A stretch of DNA of 32,000 bases from Pseudomonas aeruginosa (GTDB taxonomy: Bacteria; Pseudomonadota; Gammaproteobacteria; Pseudomonadales; Pseudomonadaceae): assembly GCF_001457615.1 (NCBI RefSeq), contig NZ_LN831024.1, positions 360,001 through 392,000 of the forward strand, in the 5' to 3' direction. The position numbers and the translations under genes are program-made. This document shows, piece after piece, positions 9,289-18,958 of this stretch. How positions within the stretch are numbered: position 1 is the first letter of the stretch; every line of letters begins with the position of its first letter. The notes under the pieces are model-generated. The model did no database searches and had not been told where the DNA came from. It saw nothing but the letters and a program-made list of their open reading frames with translations.

Positions 9289-9768
9289 GTGATCGATTCC
9301 GATGGTTTTCGCCCGAATGTCGGCATCATTCTCGCCAACGAGGCGGGGCAGGTGCTGTGGGCGCGGCGTATCAATCAGGAAGCCTGGCAGTTCCCGCAGG
9401 GAGGCATCAATGATCGCGAAACGCCGGAAGAGGCGCTGTATCGCGAATTGAACGAAGAAGTCGGGCTGGAGGCCGGGGACGTGCGCATCCTGGCCTGCAC
9501 CCGCGGCTGGCTGCGCTACCGTTTGCCGCAGCGCCTGGTGCGGACCCACAGCCAGCCGCTGTGCATCGGCCAGAAGCAGAAATGGTTCCTGCTGCGGCTG
9601 ATGTCCGACGAGGCGCGCGTGCGCATGGATATCACCAGCAAGCCCGAGTTCGACGGCTGGCGCTGGGTGAGTTACTGGTACCCCCTGGGACAGGTGGTGA
9701 CCTTCAAGCGCGAGGTCTACCGCCGCGCCCTGAAGGAACTGGCCCCGCGCCTTCTGGCGCGGGACTGA
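9289..9768 (+). CDS. rppH: RNA pyrophosphohydrolase, Nudix family (RppH/NudH/YgdP)
   Basis: GTG start at 9289 gives 159 aa: [64 protein letters not shown], containing a full Nudix box. Confidence 0.95.
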   Translation: MIDSDGFRPNVGIILANEAGQVLWARRINQEAWQFPQGGINDRETPEEALYRELNEEVGLEAGDVRILACTRGWLRYRLPQRLVRTHSQPLCIGQKQKWFLLRLMSDEARVRMDITSKPEFDGWRWVSYWYPLGQVVTFKREVYRRALKELAPRLLARD

Positions 9769-9790
9769 ACACGGAGACAAGGCCCCGAGC

Positions 9791-12070
9791 ATGCTCAACA
9801 CGCTGCGCAAGATCGTCCAGGAAGTGAACTCCGCCAAGGATCTGAAGGCGGCGCTGGGCATCATCGTGCAGCGGGTCAAGGAAGCCATGGGTACCCAGGT
9901 CTGCTCGGTGTACCTGCTCGACACCGAGACCCAGCGTTTCGTCCTGATGGCCACCGAAGGCCTCAACAAGCGTTCCATCGGCAAGGTCAGCATGGCTCCC
10001 AGCGAAGGCCTGGTCGGCCTGGTCGGCACCCGCGAGGAGCCGCTCAACCTGGAGAACGCCGCCGCCCACCCGCGCTACCGCTATTTCGCCGAGACCGGCG
10101 AGGAGCGCTACGCGTCGTTCCTCGGCGCGCCGATCATCCACCATCGGCGGGTGATGGGGGTGCTGGTGGTGCAGCAGAAGGAGCGCCGCCAGTTCGACGA
10201 AGGCGAGGAAGCCTTCCTCGTCACCATGAGCGCCCAGCTCGCCGGGGTCATCGCGCATGCCGAGGCGACCGGTTCGATCCGCGGCCTGGGCAAGCTCGGC
10301 AAGGGCATCCAGGAAGCCAAGTTCGTCGGCGTGCCCGGCGCCCCCGGGGTCGGGGTGGGCAAGGCGGTGGTGGTGTTGCCGCCGGCCGACCTGGAAGTGG
10401 TGCCGGACAAGCAGGTCGACGACATCGACGCCGAGATCGCCCTGTTCAAGCAGGCCCTGGAGGGCGTTCGCGCCGACATGCGCGCGCTGTCGAGCAAGCT
10501 CGCCAGCCAGCTGCGCAAGGAAGAACGCGCGCTGTTCGACGTCTACCTGATGATGCTCGACGATGCCTCCATCGGCAACGAGGTCAAGCGCATCATCCGT
10601 ACCGGCCAGTGGGCCCAGGGCGCCCTGCGCCAGGTGGTGATGGAGCACGTGCAGCGCTTCGAGCTGATGGACGACGCCTATCTCCGCGAGCGCGCCTCCG
10701 ACGTCAAGGACATAGGTCGCCGCCTGCTCGCCTACCTCCAGGAAGAGCGCAAGCAGAACCTGACCTACCCGGAACAGACCATCATCGTCAGCGAGGAGCT
10801 GTCGCCGGCGATGCTCGGCGAGGTGCCGGAAGGGCGCCTGGTCGGCCTGGTCTCGGTGCTCGGCTCGGGCAACTCGCACGTGGCGATCCTCGCCCGTGCC
10901 ATGGGCATCCCCACGGTGATGGGGGCGGTCGACCTGCCGTACTCCAAGGTCGACGGCATCGACCTGATCGTCGATGGCTACCACGGCGAGGTCTACACCA
11001 ACCCCTCCGCCGAGCTGGTGCGCCAGTACAGCGACGTGGTCGCCGAGGAGCGCGAGCTGAGCAAGGGCCTGGCGGCCCTGCGCGAGCTGCCCTGCGAGAC
11101 CCTCGACGGCCACCGCATGCCGCTCTGGGTCAACACCGGCCTGCTCGCCGATGTCGCCCGCGCCCAGGAGCGTGGCGCCGAGGGCGTGGGCCTGTACCGC
11201 ACCGAAGTGCCGTTCATGATCAACGACCGCTTCCCCAGCGAGAAGGAACAGTTGGCGATCTACCGCGAGCAGCTCAGTGCCTTCCACCCGCTGCCGGTGA
11301 CCATGCGCACCCTGGATATCGGCGGCGACAAGGCGCTGTCCTACTTCCCGATCAAGGAAGACAACCCGTTCCTCGGCTGGCGCGGCATCCGCGTCACCCT
11401 CGACCACCCGGAGATCTTCCTGGTCCAGACCCGCGCCATGCTCAAGGCCAGCGAAGGACTGGACAACCTGCGCATCCTGCTGCCGATGATCTCCGGCACC
11501 CACGAGCTGGAAGAGGCCCTGCACCTGATCCACCGCGCCTGGGGCGAGGTGCGCGACGAGGGCGTGGACATCGCCATGCCGCCCATCGGCATGATGGTCG
11601 AGATTCCCGCCGCCGTGTACCAGACCCGCGAGCTGGCCCGCCAGGTCGACTTCCTTTCGGTCGGTTCGAACGACCTGACCCAGTACCTGCTGGCGGTCGA
11701 CCGCAACAATCCGCGGGTCGCCGACCTCTACGACTACCTGCATCCGGCCGTTCTGCATGCGTTGAAGAAGGTGGTCGACGATGCCCACCTGGAAGGCAAG
11801 CCGGTGAGCATCTGCGGCGAGATGGCCGGCGATCCCGCGGCTGCCGTGCTGCTGATGGCGATGGGCTTCGACAGCCTGTCGATGAACGCCACCAACCTGC
11901 CCAAGGTGAAGTGGCTGCTGCGCCAGATCACCCTGGACAAGGCCCGGGACCTGCTCGGCCAGTTGCTCACCTTCGACAACCCGCAGGTCATCCACAGCTC
12001 GCTGCACCTGGCGTTGCGCAACCTCGGCCTGGGTCGCGTGATCAACCCGGCGGCTACCGTCCAGCCCTGA
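9791..12070 (+). CDS. ptsP: Phosphoenolpyruvate-protein phosphotransferase PtsP (EI-Ntr, N-terminal GAF domain)
   Basis: 759 aa; N-terminal GAF domain, phospho-His region GSGNSHVAILARAMGIPTVMG, EI PEP-binding motifs (GVGLYRTEVPFM, DIGGDKALSYFP, FLSVGSNDLTQYLLAVDRNN). Confidence 0.96.
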   Translation: MLNTLRKIVQEVNSAKDLKAALGIIVQRVKEAMGTQVCSVYLLDTETQRFVLMATEGLNKRSIGKVSMAPSEGLVGLVGTREEPLNLENAAAHPRYRYFAETGEERYASFLGAPIIHHRRVMGVLVVQQKERRQFDEGEEAFLVTMSAQLAGVIAHAEATGSIRGLGKLGKGIQEAKFVGVPGAPGVGVGKAVVVLPPADLEVVPDKQVDDIDAEIALFKQALEGVRADMRALSSKLASQLRKEERALFDVYLMMLDDASIGNEVKRIIRTGQWAQGALRQVVMEHVQRFELMDDAYLRERASDVKDIGRRLLAYLQEERKQNLTYPEQTIIVSEELSPAMLGEVPEGRLVGLVSVLGSGNSHVAILARAMGIPTVMGAVDLPYSKVDGIDLIVDGYHGEVYTNPSAELVRQYSDVVAEERELSKGLAALRELPCETLDGHRMPLWVNTGLLADVARAQERGAEGVGLYRTEVPFMINDRFPSEKEQLAIYREQLSAFHPLPVTMRTLDIGGDKALSYFPIKEDNPFLGWRGIRVTLDHPEIFLVQTRAMLKASEGLDNLRILLPMISGTHELEEALHLIHRAWGEVRDEGVDIAMPPIGMMVEIPAAVYQTRELARQVDFLSVGSNDLTQYLLAVDRNNPRVADLYDYLHPAVLHALKKVVDDAHLEGKPVSICGEMAGDPAAAVLLMAMGFDSLSMNATNLPKVKWLLRQITLDKARDLLGQLLTFDNPQVIHSSLHLALRNLGLGRVINPAATVQP

Positions 12071-12188
12071 TTTCCCGCGCGCCGGACGCTTCGTCGTGCG
12101 GCGCTTACGCTTTCCCCGCAAGCGTATAGACTGCCTGCCATTCGGTAGAGGCCACTGGCCAGTCGAACGTGCGAGGGATTGCCGCAAA

Positions 12189-13226
12189 ATGGACGAACGG
12201 GCGTCGAAGCCGCCAGGTCTTCTTCCGCTGTCACGCGAAGACCTTGAGAAAACCCTGCGATATGCCCTGGAGATCGTCAGCGACGGGATCTGGGACTGGA
12301 ACATCGCGACCAACCAGGTCAGCCGCAGCGCCGGCTGGTACCTGATGCTCGGCTATCCGCCGCATAGCCTGCCGGAGAGCGTGGAGACCTGGAAGAGCAT
12401 CATCCATCCCGAGGACTATCCGCGGGTGATGGCCAGCTTCCAGGCCTACCTCGACGGCGAAAGCCCGGAATACTGCGAGGAATACCGCTGCCGCACCTAC
12501 AGCGGGGATTACCTGTGGATCAGCGATCGCGGGCGTTTCGTCGAGTTCGACGAGCGCGGCGAGCCGCGGCGGATGATCGGTGCGCACCACGAGATCCATC
12601 AGCGCAAGCTGGTCGAGCTGGAGTTGCAGCAGCGCAACGAGGAACTGTTCGACTGGAACCTGCGTCTCGAGGAACTGGTGGCCGAGCGCACCGAGGCGCT
12701 GCACCGGGTCAACCAGGCGCTGGCCTCGAAGATGGCCGAGGCCCAGCGCCTGAGCGAAATCGATCCGCTCACCGAGCTGTACAACCGACGCAAGTTCGAG
12801 CAGTGCCTGCACCATGAATGGATGCGCCGGCAGCGCCATGGACGCGCCACGGCACTGGTGATGATCGATGTCGATCACTTCAAGCGGATCAACGACCTGT
12901 TCGGCCACTCCACCGGTGATCGCGTGCTGGTCGCCTTCGGCCGCCTGGTTGCCAGCGAGCTGCGCGAGGTCGACGTGCTGGCGCGTTGGGGTGGCGAGGA
13001 GTTCATCCTGCTGCTCCCGGAAACCGGCCTGGAGGCCGCGGCGGCCTTGGCCGAACGCCTGCGCCAGCGGGTTCGCTCGCAGTCCTTCGAGATGGGCGAG
13101 CGGTTGACCGCCAGCTTTGGCGTCGGCGTGCTGAATGATGGCGAGACCCTCGACCTGCTGCTGTGCCGGGTGGACGACGCCCTCTATCGGGCCAAGCAGC
13201 GTCGCGATTGCGTGGCCTGTTGCTGA
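12189..13226 (+). CDS. PAS-domain diguanylate cyclase (GGDEF family)
   Basis: ATG at 12189 (MDERASKPPG...); PAS segment SDGIWDWNIATNQVSRSAGWYLMLGY; coiled linker; DPLTELYNRRKFEQ; RWGGEEFILLLPETG with RxxD (REVD) five residues upstream. Confidence 0.93.
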   Translation: MDERASKPPGLLPLSREDLEKTLRYALEIVSDGIWDWNIATNQVSRSAGWYLMLGYPPHSLPESVETWKSIIHPEDYPRVMASFQAYLDGESPEYCEEYRCRTYSGDYLWISDRGRFVEFDERGEPRRMIGAHHEIHQRKLVELELQQRNEELFDWNLRLEELVAERTEALHRVNQALASKMAEAQRLSEIDPLTELYNRRKFEQCLHHEWMRRQRHGRATALVMIDVDHFKRINDLFGHSTGDRVLVAFGRLVASELREVDVLARWGGEEFILLLPETGLEAAAALAERLRQRVRSQSFEMGERLTASFGVGVLNDGETLDLLLCRVDDALYRAKQRRDCVACC

Positions 13227-13229
13227 AGG

Positions 13230-13985
13230 TCAGCCTGGCGGCAGCACCAGGCTGACCTCGCCGAGCCGGGCGCCGGACGGCCCGAAGCTGCGCTCGATCA
13301 TCTCCCGCGTGCCGTCGGCGTGTACCCGTACGACGCTGCTGGCGCGAGTGCCGTAGCTCGGGCTGGCGATGAACACGCTGGAGAGCAGGCGTTCCGTGGC
13401 CAGACCCACGCCGGTATCCGGCAACTGGCCGTCGGCGGCCGGCGCTGCGTCGGCCAGCAGCTCCATCAGGGCCTGCGGATGCGGCTCGGCAAGCCGCTCG
13501 GCGAGGGCGGCGCGAGCCTTGAGCAGCTTCGGCCAGGGCGTATCGAGGGCCGCGTTGGACAGCCCGTAGATCCCCGCCGGCAGCAGGCGCGGTGGCCCTA
13601 CGCGGGGGTTGTAGTGCCAGAGCTGATGGCGATCGCCAATGAGCAGGTTGAAGCCGGAATAGTCCGCGGCGCGCCCGGCGACCTGCGCCAGGTAGTCGGC
13701 CGGGTTGCCGCCGCCGCGCAGGAAGTCCGCCACCAGTTCGCCACGGGAGCGCTTGCCGAGAGCCTGCGACGGATCGCGGACGTTGGTCAGGGCGGCGAAA
13801 CGGCCGGCCGGGCCGAGCCCCAGCCAGGTGCCGCCGGCCTCCAGGTCGCGTCCGGCGAATACCCCCTCGGCGTCCTCCCAGGCCGCCAGCGGCAGGCTCG
13901 GGCGGGCATAGAATTCGTCACGGTTGGCGGCGACCAGCAGCGGCAGGGCGTGCCCCGGTTGCCAGGCGAAGACGATCAGGCACAT
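13230..13985 (-). CDS. NRDE/Tango2-like family protein
   Basis: MCLIVFAWQPGHALPLLVAANRDEFYARPSLPLAAW: N-terminal C and NRDE motif; ATG at 13985 preferred over 14033. Confidence 0.9.
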   Translation of the reverse strand: MCLIVFAWQPGHALPLLVAANRDEFYARPSLPLAAWEDAEGVFAGRDLEAGGTWLGLGPAGRFAALTNVRDPSQALGKRSRGELVADFLRGGGNPADYLAQVAGRAADYSGFNLLIGDRHQLWHYNPRVGPPRLLPAGIYGLSNAALDTPWPKLLKARAALAERLAEPHPQALMELLADAAPAADGQLPDTGVGLATERLLSSVFIASPSYGTRASSVVRVHADGTREMIERSFGPSGARLGEVSLVLPPG

Positions 13986-14106
13986 GCGCGATCCTTGGGA
14001 TGGGCTGGCCGTCAGGCTAAAGGCATCCGCCATCGCCGTTCAAGCACGACGCCTGCCGCACGGCGCGCAATTCCGTTACCATGCCGGCTTTCCAACGGGG
14101 GCGTGC

Positions 14107-14910
14107 ATGGAGTTTCTCCTCTATATCGTGCTGGGCGCCTGTGCCGGCGTGCTGGCCGGACTGTTCGGCGTCGGCGGCGGCCTGATCATCGTCCCGGCGC
14201 TGGTCTTCAGCTTCACCGCGCACGGTTTCGGCGGCGACGTCCTGACCCAGATGGCGGTCGGCACCTCCCTGGCGACCATCGTCTTCACTTCGATCAATTC
14301 CATTCTCGAACACCATCGGCGCGGCGCGGTGCGCTGGCCGGTGTTCGCCTGGATGACCCTCGGCATCCTCATCGGCAGTGCCCTCGGCGCGCTGACCGCG
14401 GCGCAGATCAAGGGGCCGCTGTTGCAGAAGATAATCGGGGTGTTCGCCATCCTGGTCGCTTTGCAGATGGTTCTCGACCTCAAGCCCAAGGGTAGCCGCG
14501 AGGTGCCCGGCAAGGGCGGCCTGACCCTGGCCGGCGCGGTGATCGGCTGGGCCTCGGCGATCTTCGGCATCGGCGGCGGTTCGCTGACCGTGCCTTTCCT
14601 CAGTTGGCGCAGCGTGCCGATGCAGCAGGCGGTGGCGACTTCCTCGGCCTGCGGCCTTCCTATCGCCATTTCCGGCGCTCTGTCGTTCATCGCGGTCGGC
14701 TGGCACAACCCGCAGTTGCCGGAGTGGAGCCTGGGCTACGTCTATCTGCCGGCGTTGGTCGGCATCGCCGCCACCAGTATGCTGTTCGCCCGCTTCGGCG
14801 CGCGCCTGGCGCATCGTTTGTCGCCGCGCGTACTCAAGCGACTGTTCGCCCTGCTGCTGTTCAGCGTGGGCATAAGTTTCCTGACCCCCGATCTCGCTTT
14901 TCTGTCGTAG
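14107..14910 (+). CDS. TauE/SafE-family membrane permease
   Basis: 267 aa; MEFLLYIVLGACAGVLAGLFGVGGGLIIVPALVFSF and second repeat GWASAIFGIGGGSLTVPFLSW, typical duplicated G-GGG motifs. Confidence 0.92.
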   Translation: MEFLLYIVLGACAGVLAGLFGVGGGLIIVPALVFSFTAHGFGGDVLTQMAVGTSLATIVFTSINSILEHHRRGAVRWPVFAWMTLGILIGSALGALTAAQIKGPLLQKIIGVFAILVALQMVLDLKPKGSREVPGKGGLTLAGAVIGWASAIFGIGGGSLTVPFLSWRSVPMQQAVATSSACGLPIAISGALSFIAVGWHNPQLPEWSLGYVYLPALVGIAATSMLFARFGARLAHRLSPRVLKRLFALLLFSVGISFLTPDLAFLS

Positions 14911-14919
14911 GAGTTATCG

Positions 14920-15720
14920 ATGCTGACGTATCCCCAGATCGATCCGGTTGCGCTGGCCATCGGCCCGCTGAAGATCCACTGGTACGGGCTGATGTACCTG
15001 ATCGGGATCGGCGGCGCCTGGCTGCTGGCGTCGCGCCGGATGAAGCGCTTCGACCCGACCTGGACCAAGGAGCGCCTTTCCGACCTGGTCTTCTGGGTCG
15101 CCTGCGGCGTGATCCTCGGTGGCCGCCTGGGCTACGTGCTGTTCTACAACCTGGACGAGTACATCGCCAACCCGACGCTGATCTTCGAGGTCTGGAAAGG
15201 CGGCATGTCCTTCCATGGCGGCCTGCTCGGCGTGATGCTGGCGGTCTGGTGGTTCGGCAAGCGCCATGGCAAGAGCTTCTTCCAGCTGATGGACTTCATC
15301 GCCCCGCTGGTGCCCATCGGCCTGGGCGCCGGGCGCATCGGCAACTTCATCAACTCGGAACTGTGGGGCAAGGTCAGCGATGTGCCCTGGGCCATGGTCT
15401 TCCCCAACGGCGGCCCGCTGCCGCGGCATCCCTCGCAGCTGTACCAGTTCGCCCTGGAAGGCGTGGCGCTGTTCGTCATCCTCTGGCTGTTCACCCGCAA
15501 GCCACGGCCGACCGCCTCGGTCTCCGGCCTGTTCGTGCTGTGCTACGGGATCTTCCGCTTCGTCGTCGAATTCGTCCGCGTGCCGGATGCCCAGCTCGGC
15601 TACCTCGCCTGGGGTTGGCTGACCATGGGCCAGGTGCTCTGCGTACCGATGGTGCTGGCCGGCATTGCCCTGATGGTCTGGGCCTACCGCCGCGACGCGG
15701 CGCAGCCGAAGGCGGCCTGA
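14920..15720 (+). CDS. lgt: Prolipoprotein diacylglyceryl transferase
   Basis: 266 aa; [41 protein letters not shown] and HPSQLYQ are Lgt signature motifs. Confidence 0.98.
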   Translation: MLTYPQIDPVALAIGPLKIHWYGLMYLIGIGGAWLLASRRMKRFDPTWTKERLSDLVFWVACGVILGGRLGYVLFYNLDEYIANPTLIFEVWKGGMSFHGGLLGVMLAVWWFGKRHGKSFFQLMDFIAPLVPIGLGAGRIGNFINSELWGKVSDVPWAMVFPNGGPLPRHPSQLYQFALEGVALFVILWLFTRKPRPTASVSGLFVLCYGIFRFVVEFVRVPDAQLGYLAWGWLTMGQVLCVPMVLAGIALMVWAYRRDAAQPKAA

Positions 15721-15731
15721 GCCGCTTTTCG

Positions 15732-15774
15732 TGCCCGGGGCGGATAACGTCGCAGGCGTCATCCGCTCCGGGCA
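15732..15774. repeat. REP-like palindromic element downstream of lgt
   Basis: TGCCCGGgGCGGATaACG-tcgcagg-CGTcATCCGCtCCGGGCA: long intergenic hairpin (one G-T wobble, one A/C mismatch) with a GCGGATAACG...ATCCGC core. Confidence 0.65.
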
Positions 15775-15925
15775 GCCGGCTTTCCGCTCCAGGGCGTGCA
15801 TGGCTTGCGCCGGTCGCGCCGAACTGGCGATGCAGGCTCCGTCGCCGTAGACTTGGCCATCCTTCTGTCATCCCTCGGTGGGAGCCGCCACGTCGGCGCC
15901 GCACCGATATCGATCCGAGCCTCCG

Positions 15926-16720
15926 ATGAAACAGTACCTCGACCTGATGCGCCACGTGCGCGAGCACGGCACCTTCAAGAGCGACCGCACCGGCACCGGC
16001 ACCTATAGCGTGTTCGGCCACCAGATGCGCTTCGACCTGGCCGCGGGCTTCCCCCTGGTGACCACCAAGAAGTGCCACCTCAAGTCGATCGTCCACGAGC
16101 TGCTGTGGTTCCTCAAGGGCTCCACCAATATCGCCTACCTCAAGGAGCACGGCGTCTCGATCTGGGACGAATGGGCCGACGAGAACGGCGACCTCGGCCC
16201 GGTGTATGGCTACCAGTGGCGCTCCTGGCCGGCGCCGGACGGCCGCCACATCGACCAGATCGCCAACCTGATGGCGATGCTGAAGAAGAATCCGGACTCG
16301 CGCCGGCTGATCGTCTCCGCCTGGAACCCGGCGCTGATCGACGAGATGGCCCTGCCGCCCTGCCACGCGCTGTTCCAGTTCTACGTCGCCGACGGCAAGC
16401 TCAGCTGCCAGCTCTACCAACGTTCGGCGGACATCTTCCTCGGCGTACCCTTCAATATCGCCAGCTATGCCCTGCTGACCCTGATGGTGGCGCAGGTCGC
16501 CGGCCTGCAGCCGGGCGAGTTCATCTGGACCGGCGGCGATTGCCACCTGTACGCCAACCACCTGGAGCAGGCCGACCTGCAGCTGACCCGCGAGCCGCTG
16601 CCGTTGCCGAGCATGAAGCTGAATCCCGAGGTGAAGGATCTGTTCGACTTTCGCTTCGAGGACTTCGAGCTGGTCGGCTACGAGGCCCATCCGCACATCA
16701 AGGCACCGGTCGCGGTCTGA
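15926..16720 (+). CDS. thyA: Thymidylate synthase
   Basis: [38 protein letters not shown]... [42 protein letters not shown]; catalytic PPCH motif. Confidence 0.98.
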
Positions 16721-16727
16721 CCCTTCG

Positions 16728-16746
16728 GCGGAGCCGTCGGCTCCGC
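16728..16746. terminator. Shared hairpin between convergent thyA and FkbM-methyltransferase gene
   Basis: GCGGAGCC-gtc-GGCTCCGC, perfect 8-bp stem in the 26-bp gap between the two stop codons; no strong T-tract. Confidence 0.5.
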
Positions 16747-17544
16747 TCAACCGAACAGGCGACGGTACCAGGGAAGCGCGCGCCAGTCCCGCAAAGCCCG
16801 CTCCGCATCTTCTGCGCGTTGCAGCGCCTGTTCCAGGGCCTGCTCCAGCGGAGCGACCGGATGGCTCATGGCATGGCCATGGCAGAGCTGGAAGTCGTCC
16901 AGCAGGTTCGGCGGTAGCGCGAAGGCGCCTTCCAGGCGGGCCTGTTCCTCCGCCAGGTAATAGCCGTTGAGGCCGTCGAAGTGGACGAAACGGTAGCCCG
17001 CGGCGAGCAGCGGCGCTTTCCACTCGGGGTCGTGGTCGAATGGAGTTTCCGCGAGGATCAGCCACGGGCGCCAGCGGTTCAGGTCGAGGCCGCGGAGCAC
17101 CGCGCCTTCCAGCCCTTCGACGTCGATCTTGAGGAAGTGGATCGGCCCTTCGACATGGGCCGCGCAGATCGCGTCCAGGGTGCTGACCTTCACTTCGCGC
17201 GGGGTGGCCGTGCAGCCCTCGGCCTGGCGCTGGCGGGTTAGCTCGGGGTCCAGGGTGGAGAGACCCGAGGCGGCCATCTCGTAGAGCGTGGCGCGGCCTT
17301 CGCGCTCGCCAATGGCGAGGTTCAGGTTGAGGTCTTCCGGCCGTTCCCGCTCCAGCTCGCGGTGCAGGTGGGGCAGCGGTTCGATGTTGATGCCGCGCCA
17401 GCCGCGCTCGTAGAACGCCAGGGTGACCGAGTCGATCCGCGGGTGGTTGGCGCCGACGTCGATGTAGAACCCCCTGGGGAAGAGTTTCAGGGCCCGCCAG
17501 AGTCGGACGTCTTCCAGGTTCTGCGCGTAGGAAACGAAGGGCAT
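16747..17544 (-). CDS. FkbM-family methyltransferase
   Basis: 265 aa; NLEDVRLWRALKLFPRGFYIDVGANHPRIDSVTLAFYERGWRGINIEP and FLKIDVEGLEGAVLRGLDLNRWRPWLILAE motifs. Confidence 0.92.
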   Translation of the reverse strand: MPFVSYAQNLEDVRLWRALKLFPRGFYIDVGANHPRIDSVTLAFYERGWRGINIEPLPHLHRELERERPEDLNLNLAIGEREGRATLYEMAASGLSTLDPELTRQRQAEGCTATPREVKVSTLDAICAAHVEGPIHFLKIDVEGLEGAVLRGLDLNRWRPWLILAETPFDHDPEWKAPLLAAGYRFVHFDGLNGYYLAEEQARLEGAFALPPNLLDDFQLCHGHAMSHPVAPLEQALEQALQRAEDAERALRDWRALPWYRRLFG

Positions 17545-17578
17545 GGGCCTACCTCTTGGGCGATCGTCGCCCAGTCTG

Positions 17579-18958
17579 TCATTCCCCGCGCCCGCTCTCC
17601 AGCAATTCGGCCAGCGCGTCGATCTGTTCCTGGCGGTCGCTGCCGCCCACCCGCCTGCCGTTCAGCGACGACCACTCCGGATGCGCGCGCGCCTTGCGCA
17701 GCGCTTCCGGCAGCTTGCCTTCGCGCCACTGCTTGTCCTCCGGGGTTTCCAGGCGGATCGCCTCGACCGCCGCGTGGCCGCGCGTTTGCAGGGCTGCCAG
17801 GAGCTGCCGTTGGCGCAGCGCGAGCAAGCGCAGCACGGCGTCGTTGACGGTCAGCTCGCGGGCGCCCTTGAGCTTGCCGAGCAGGCGCGAGCCGTAGTGG
17901 CCGACGGTCTGCCAGGCGCCGCCGGCGAGGGCACCGAGGGCGGCGGCGGCGCCAAGGGTGACGCCGCCCACCAGCAGGTCGATGCCGGCGCCGGCCGCGG
18001 CACCGGCCGCAACCCCGCCGCCGAGGCGGATACCGAGTTGGCGCAGGGTCTCCGGATTGAACAGATCGTCGCCCCAGCGGCCGTCGAGCAGCGGCAGGTC
18101 GGCGGCGCGGGCGTCGTCCCTGGCGAAGGCGTAGAGCCGCAGCAACGCTTCCACGCAGGCCTGCTCGCGCTTGCGCACCTGCTGGTGCAGGTCGCGGGTG
18201 GCTTCCTGCACGGCGCTTTCGCCGCCGGGCACCAGGCGCCGGCAGGCGGCGACGTCGACCAGCAATTCGGCGATCAGCCGTTGCCCGGCGCGCAGGCGCG
18301 CGGCGGCCTGGGTCTCATGGTCGGCGATCAGCCGGTCGAGTTGCGGCCGGGCGCGCTCCAGCAGCAGCGCCAGGCTCTCGTAGAGGCGCCGTTCGCCGTC
18401 CAGCGGCGGCGCCACGCTGTCGAAACGCACCAGGGCGTGCAGGCCCAGGCGAGCGAGGGCGGCGCGCCACTCCTCCTCGCGATGCTGCGGGCTGGCGACA
18501 AAGTTCAGCACCGGCAGCAGCGGCCGGCCGCAGCCGGCGAGCACCGCCAGTTCGTCGCGATACTTGGCCAGCACCGGTTCGCGGGCGTCGATCACGTAGA
18601 GCCCGGCGTCGGAGGCGAGCAACTGGCGGACCACCTTGGCTTCCTGTTCGAAACGCCCGCGCGCTTCGTTGCTGTCCAGCAACCGCGCCATGCGTTCCGG
18701 GCCATCGAGACGCTCGCCGGGGCGCTCCAGGGCGTCCAGGTAGTCGAGCAGGGCGATGGCGTCTTCCAGGCCGGGCGTGTCGTAGAGTTCCAGCAGCGCT
18801 TCGCCGTCCACCGACAGCCTGGCGCCCTCGACGTGGCGGGTGGTGCTGGGGCGATGGGAGACTTCGCCGAATCCGCGGTCGCGGGTCAGGGTGCGCAGCA
18901 GCGAGGTCTTGCCGGTATTGGTGTGGCCGACCACGGCCAGGATCAGCGGCTCAGTCAT
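17579..18958 (-). CDS. DUF3482-like P-loop GTPase with glycine-rich membrane-active segment
   Basis: MTEPLILAVVGHTNTGKTSLLRTLTRDRGFGEVSHRPSTTRHVEG...LYDTPGLEDA; C-terminal GVAAGAAAGAGIDLLVGGVTLGAAAALGALAGGAWQTVG. ATG at 18958. Confidence 0.85.
   Translation of the reverse strand: MTEPLILAVVGHTNTGKTSLLRTLTRDRGFGEVSHRPSTTRHVEGARLSVDGEALLELYDTPGLEDAIALLDYLDALERPGERLDGPERMARLLDSNEARGRFEQEAKVVRQLLASDAGLYVIDAREPVLAKYRDELAVLAGCGRPLLPVLNFVASPQHREEEWRAALARLGLHALVRFDSVAPPLDGERRLYESLALLLERARPQLDRLIADHETQAAARLRAGQRLIAELLVDVAACRRLVPGGESAVQEATRDLHQQVRKREQACVEALLRLYAFARDDARAADLPLLDGRWGDDLFNPETLRQLGIRLGGGVAAGAAAGAGIDLLVGGVTLGAAAALGALAGGAWQTVGHYGSRLLGKLKGARELTVNDAVLRLLALRQRQLLAALQTRGHAAVEAIRLETPEDKQWREGKLPEALRKARAHPEWSSLNGRRVGGSDRQEQIDALAELLESGRGE

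Noticed and set aside
9704-12313. Very long antisense ORF (869 aa) opposite ptsP
   Set aside because: High-GC antisense artefact: His/Gln/Asp/Leu/Val-rich composition mirrors ptsP codon structure, and ptsP on the other strand has unambiguous domain motifs.
14604-15929. 441-aa out-of-frame ORF over the permease end, lgt and the lgt-thyA gap
   Set aside because: Alternative reading frame of lgt; Arg/Ala/Gly-rich and without motifs.
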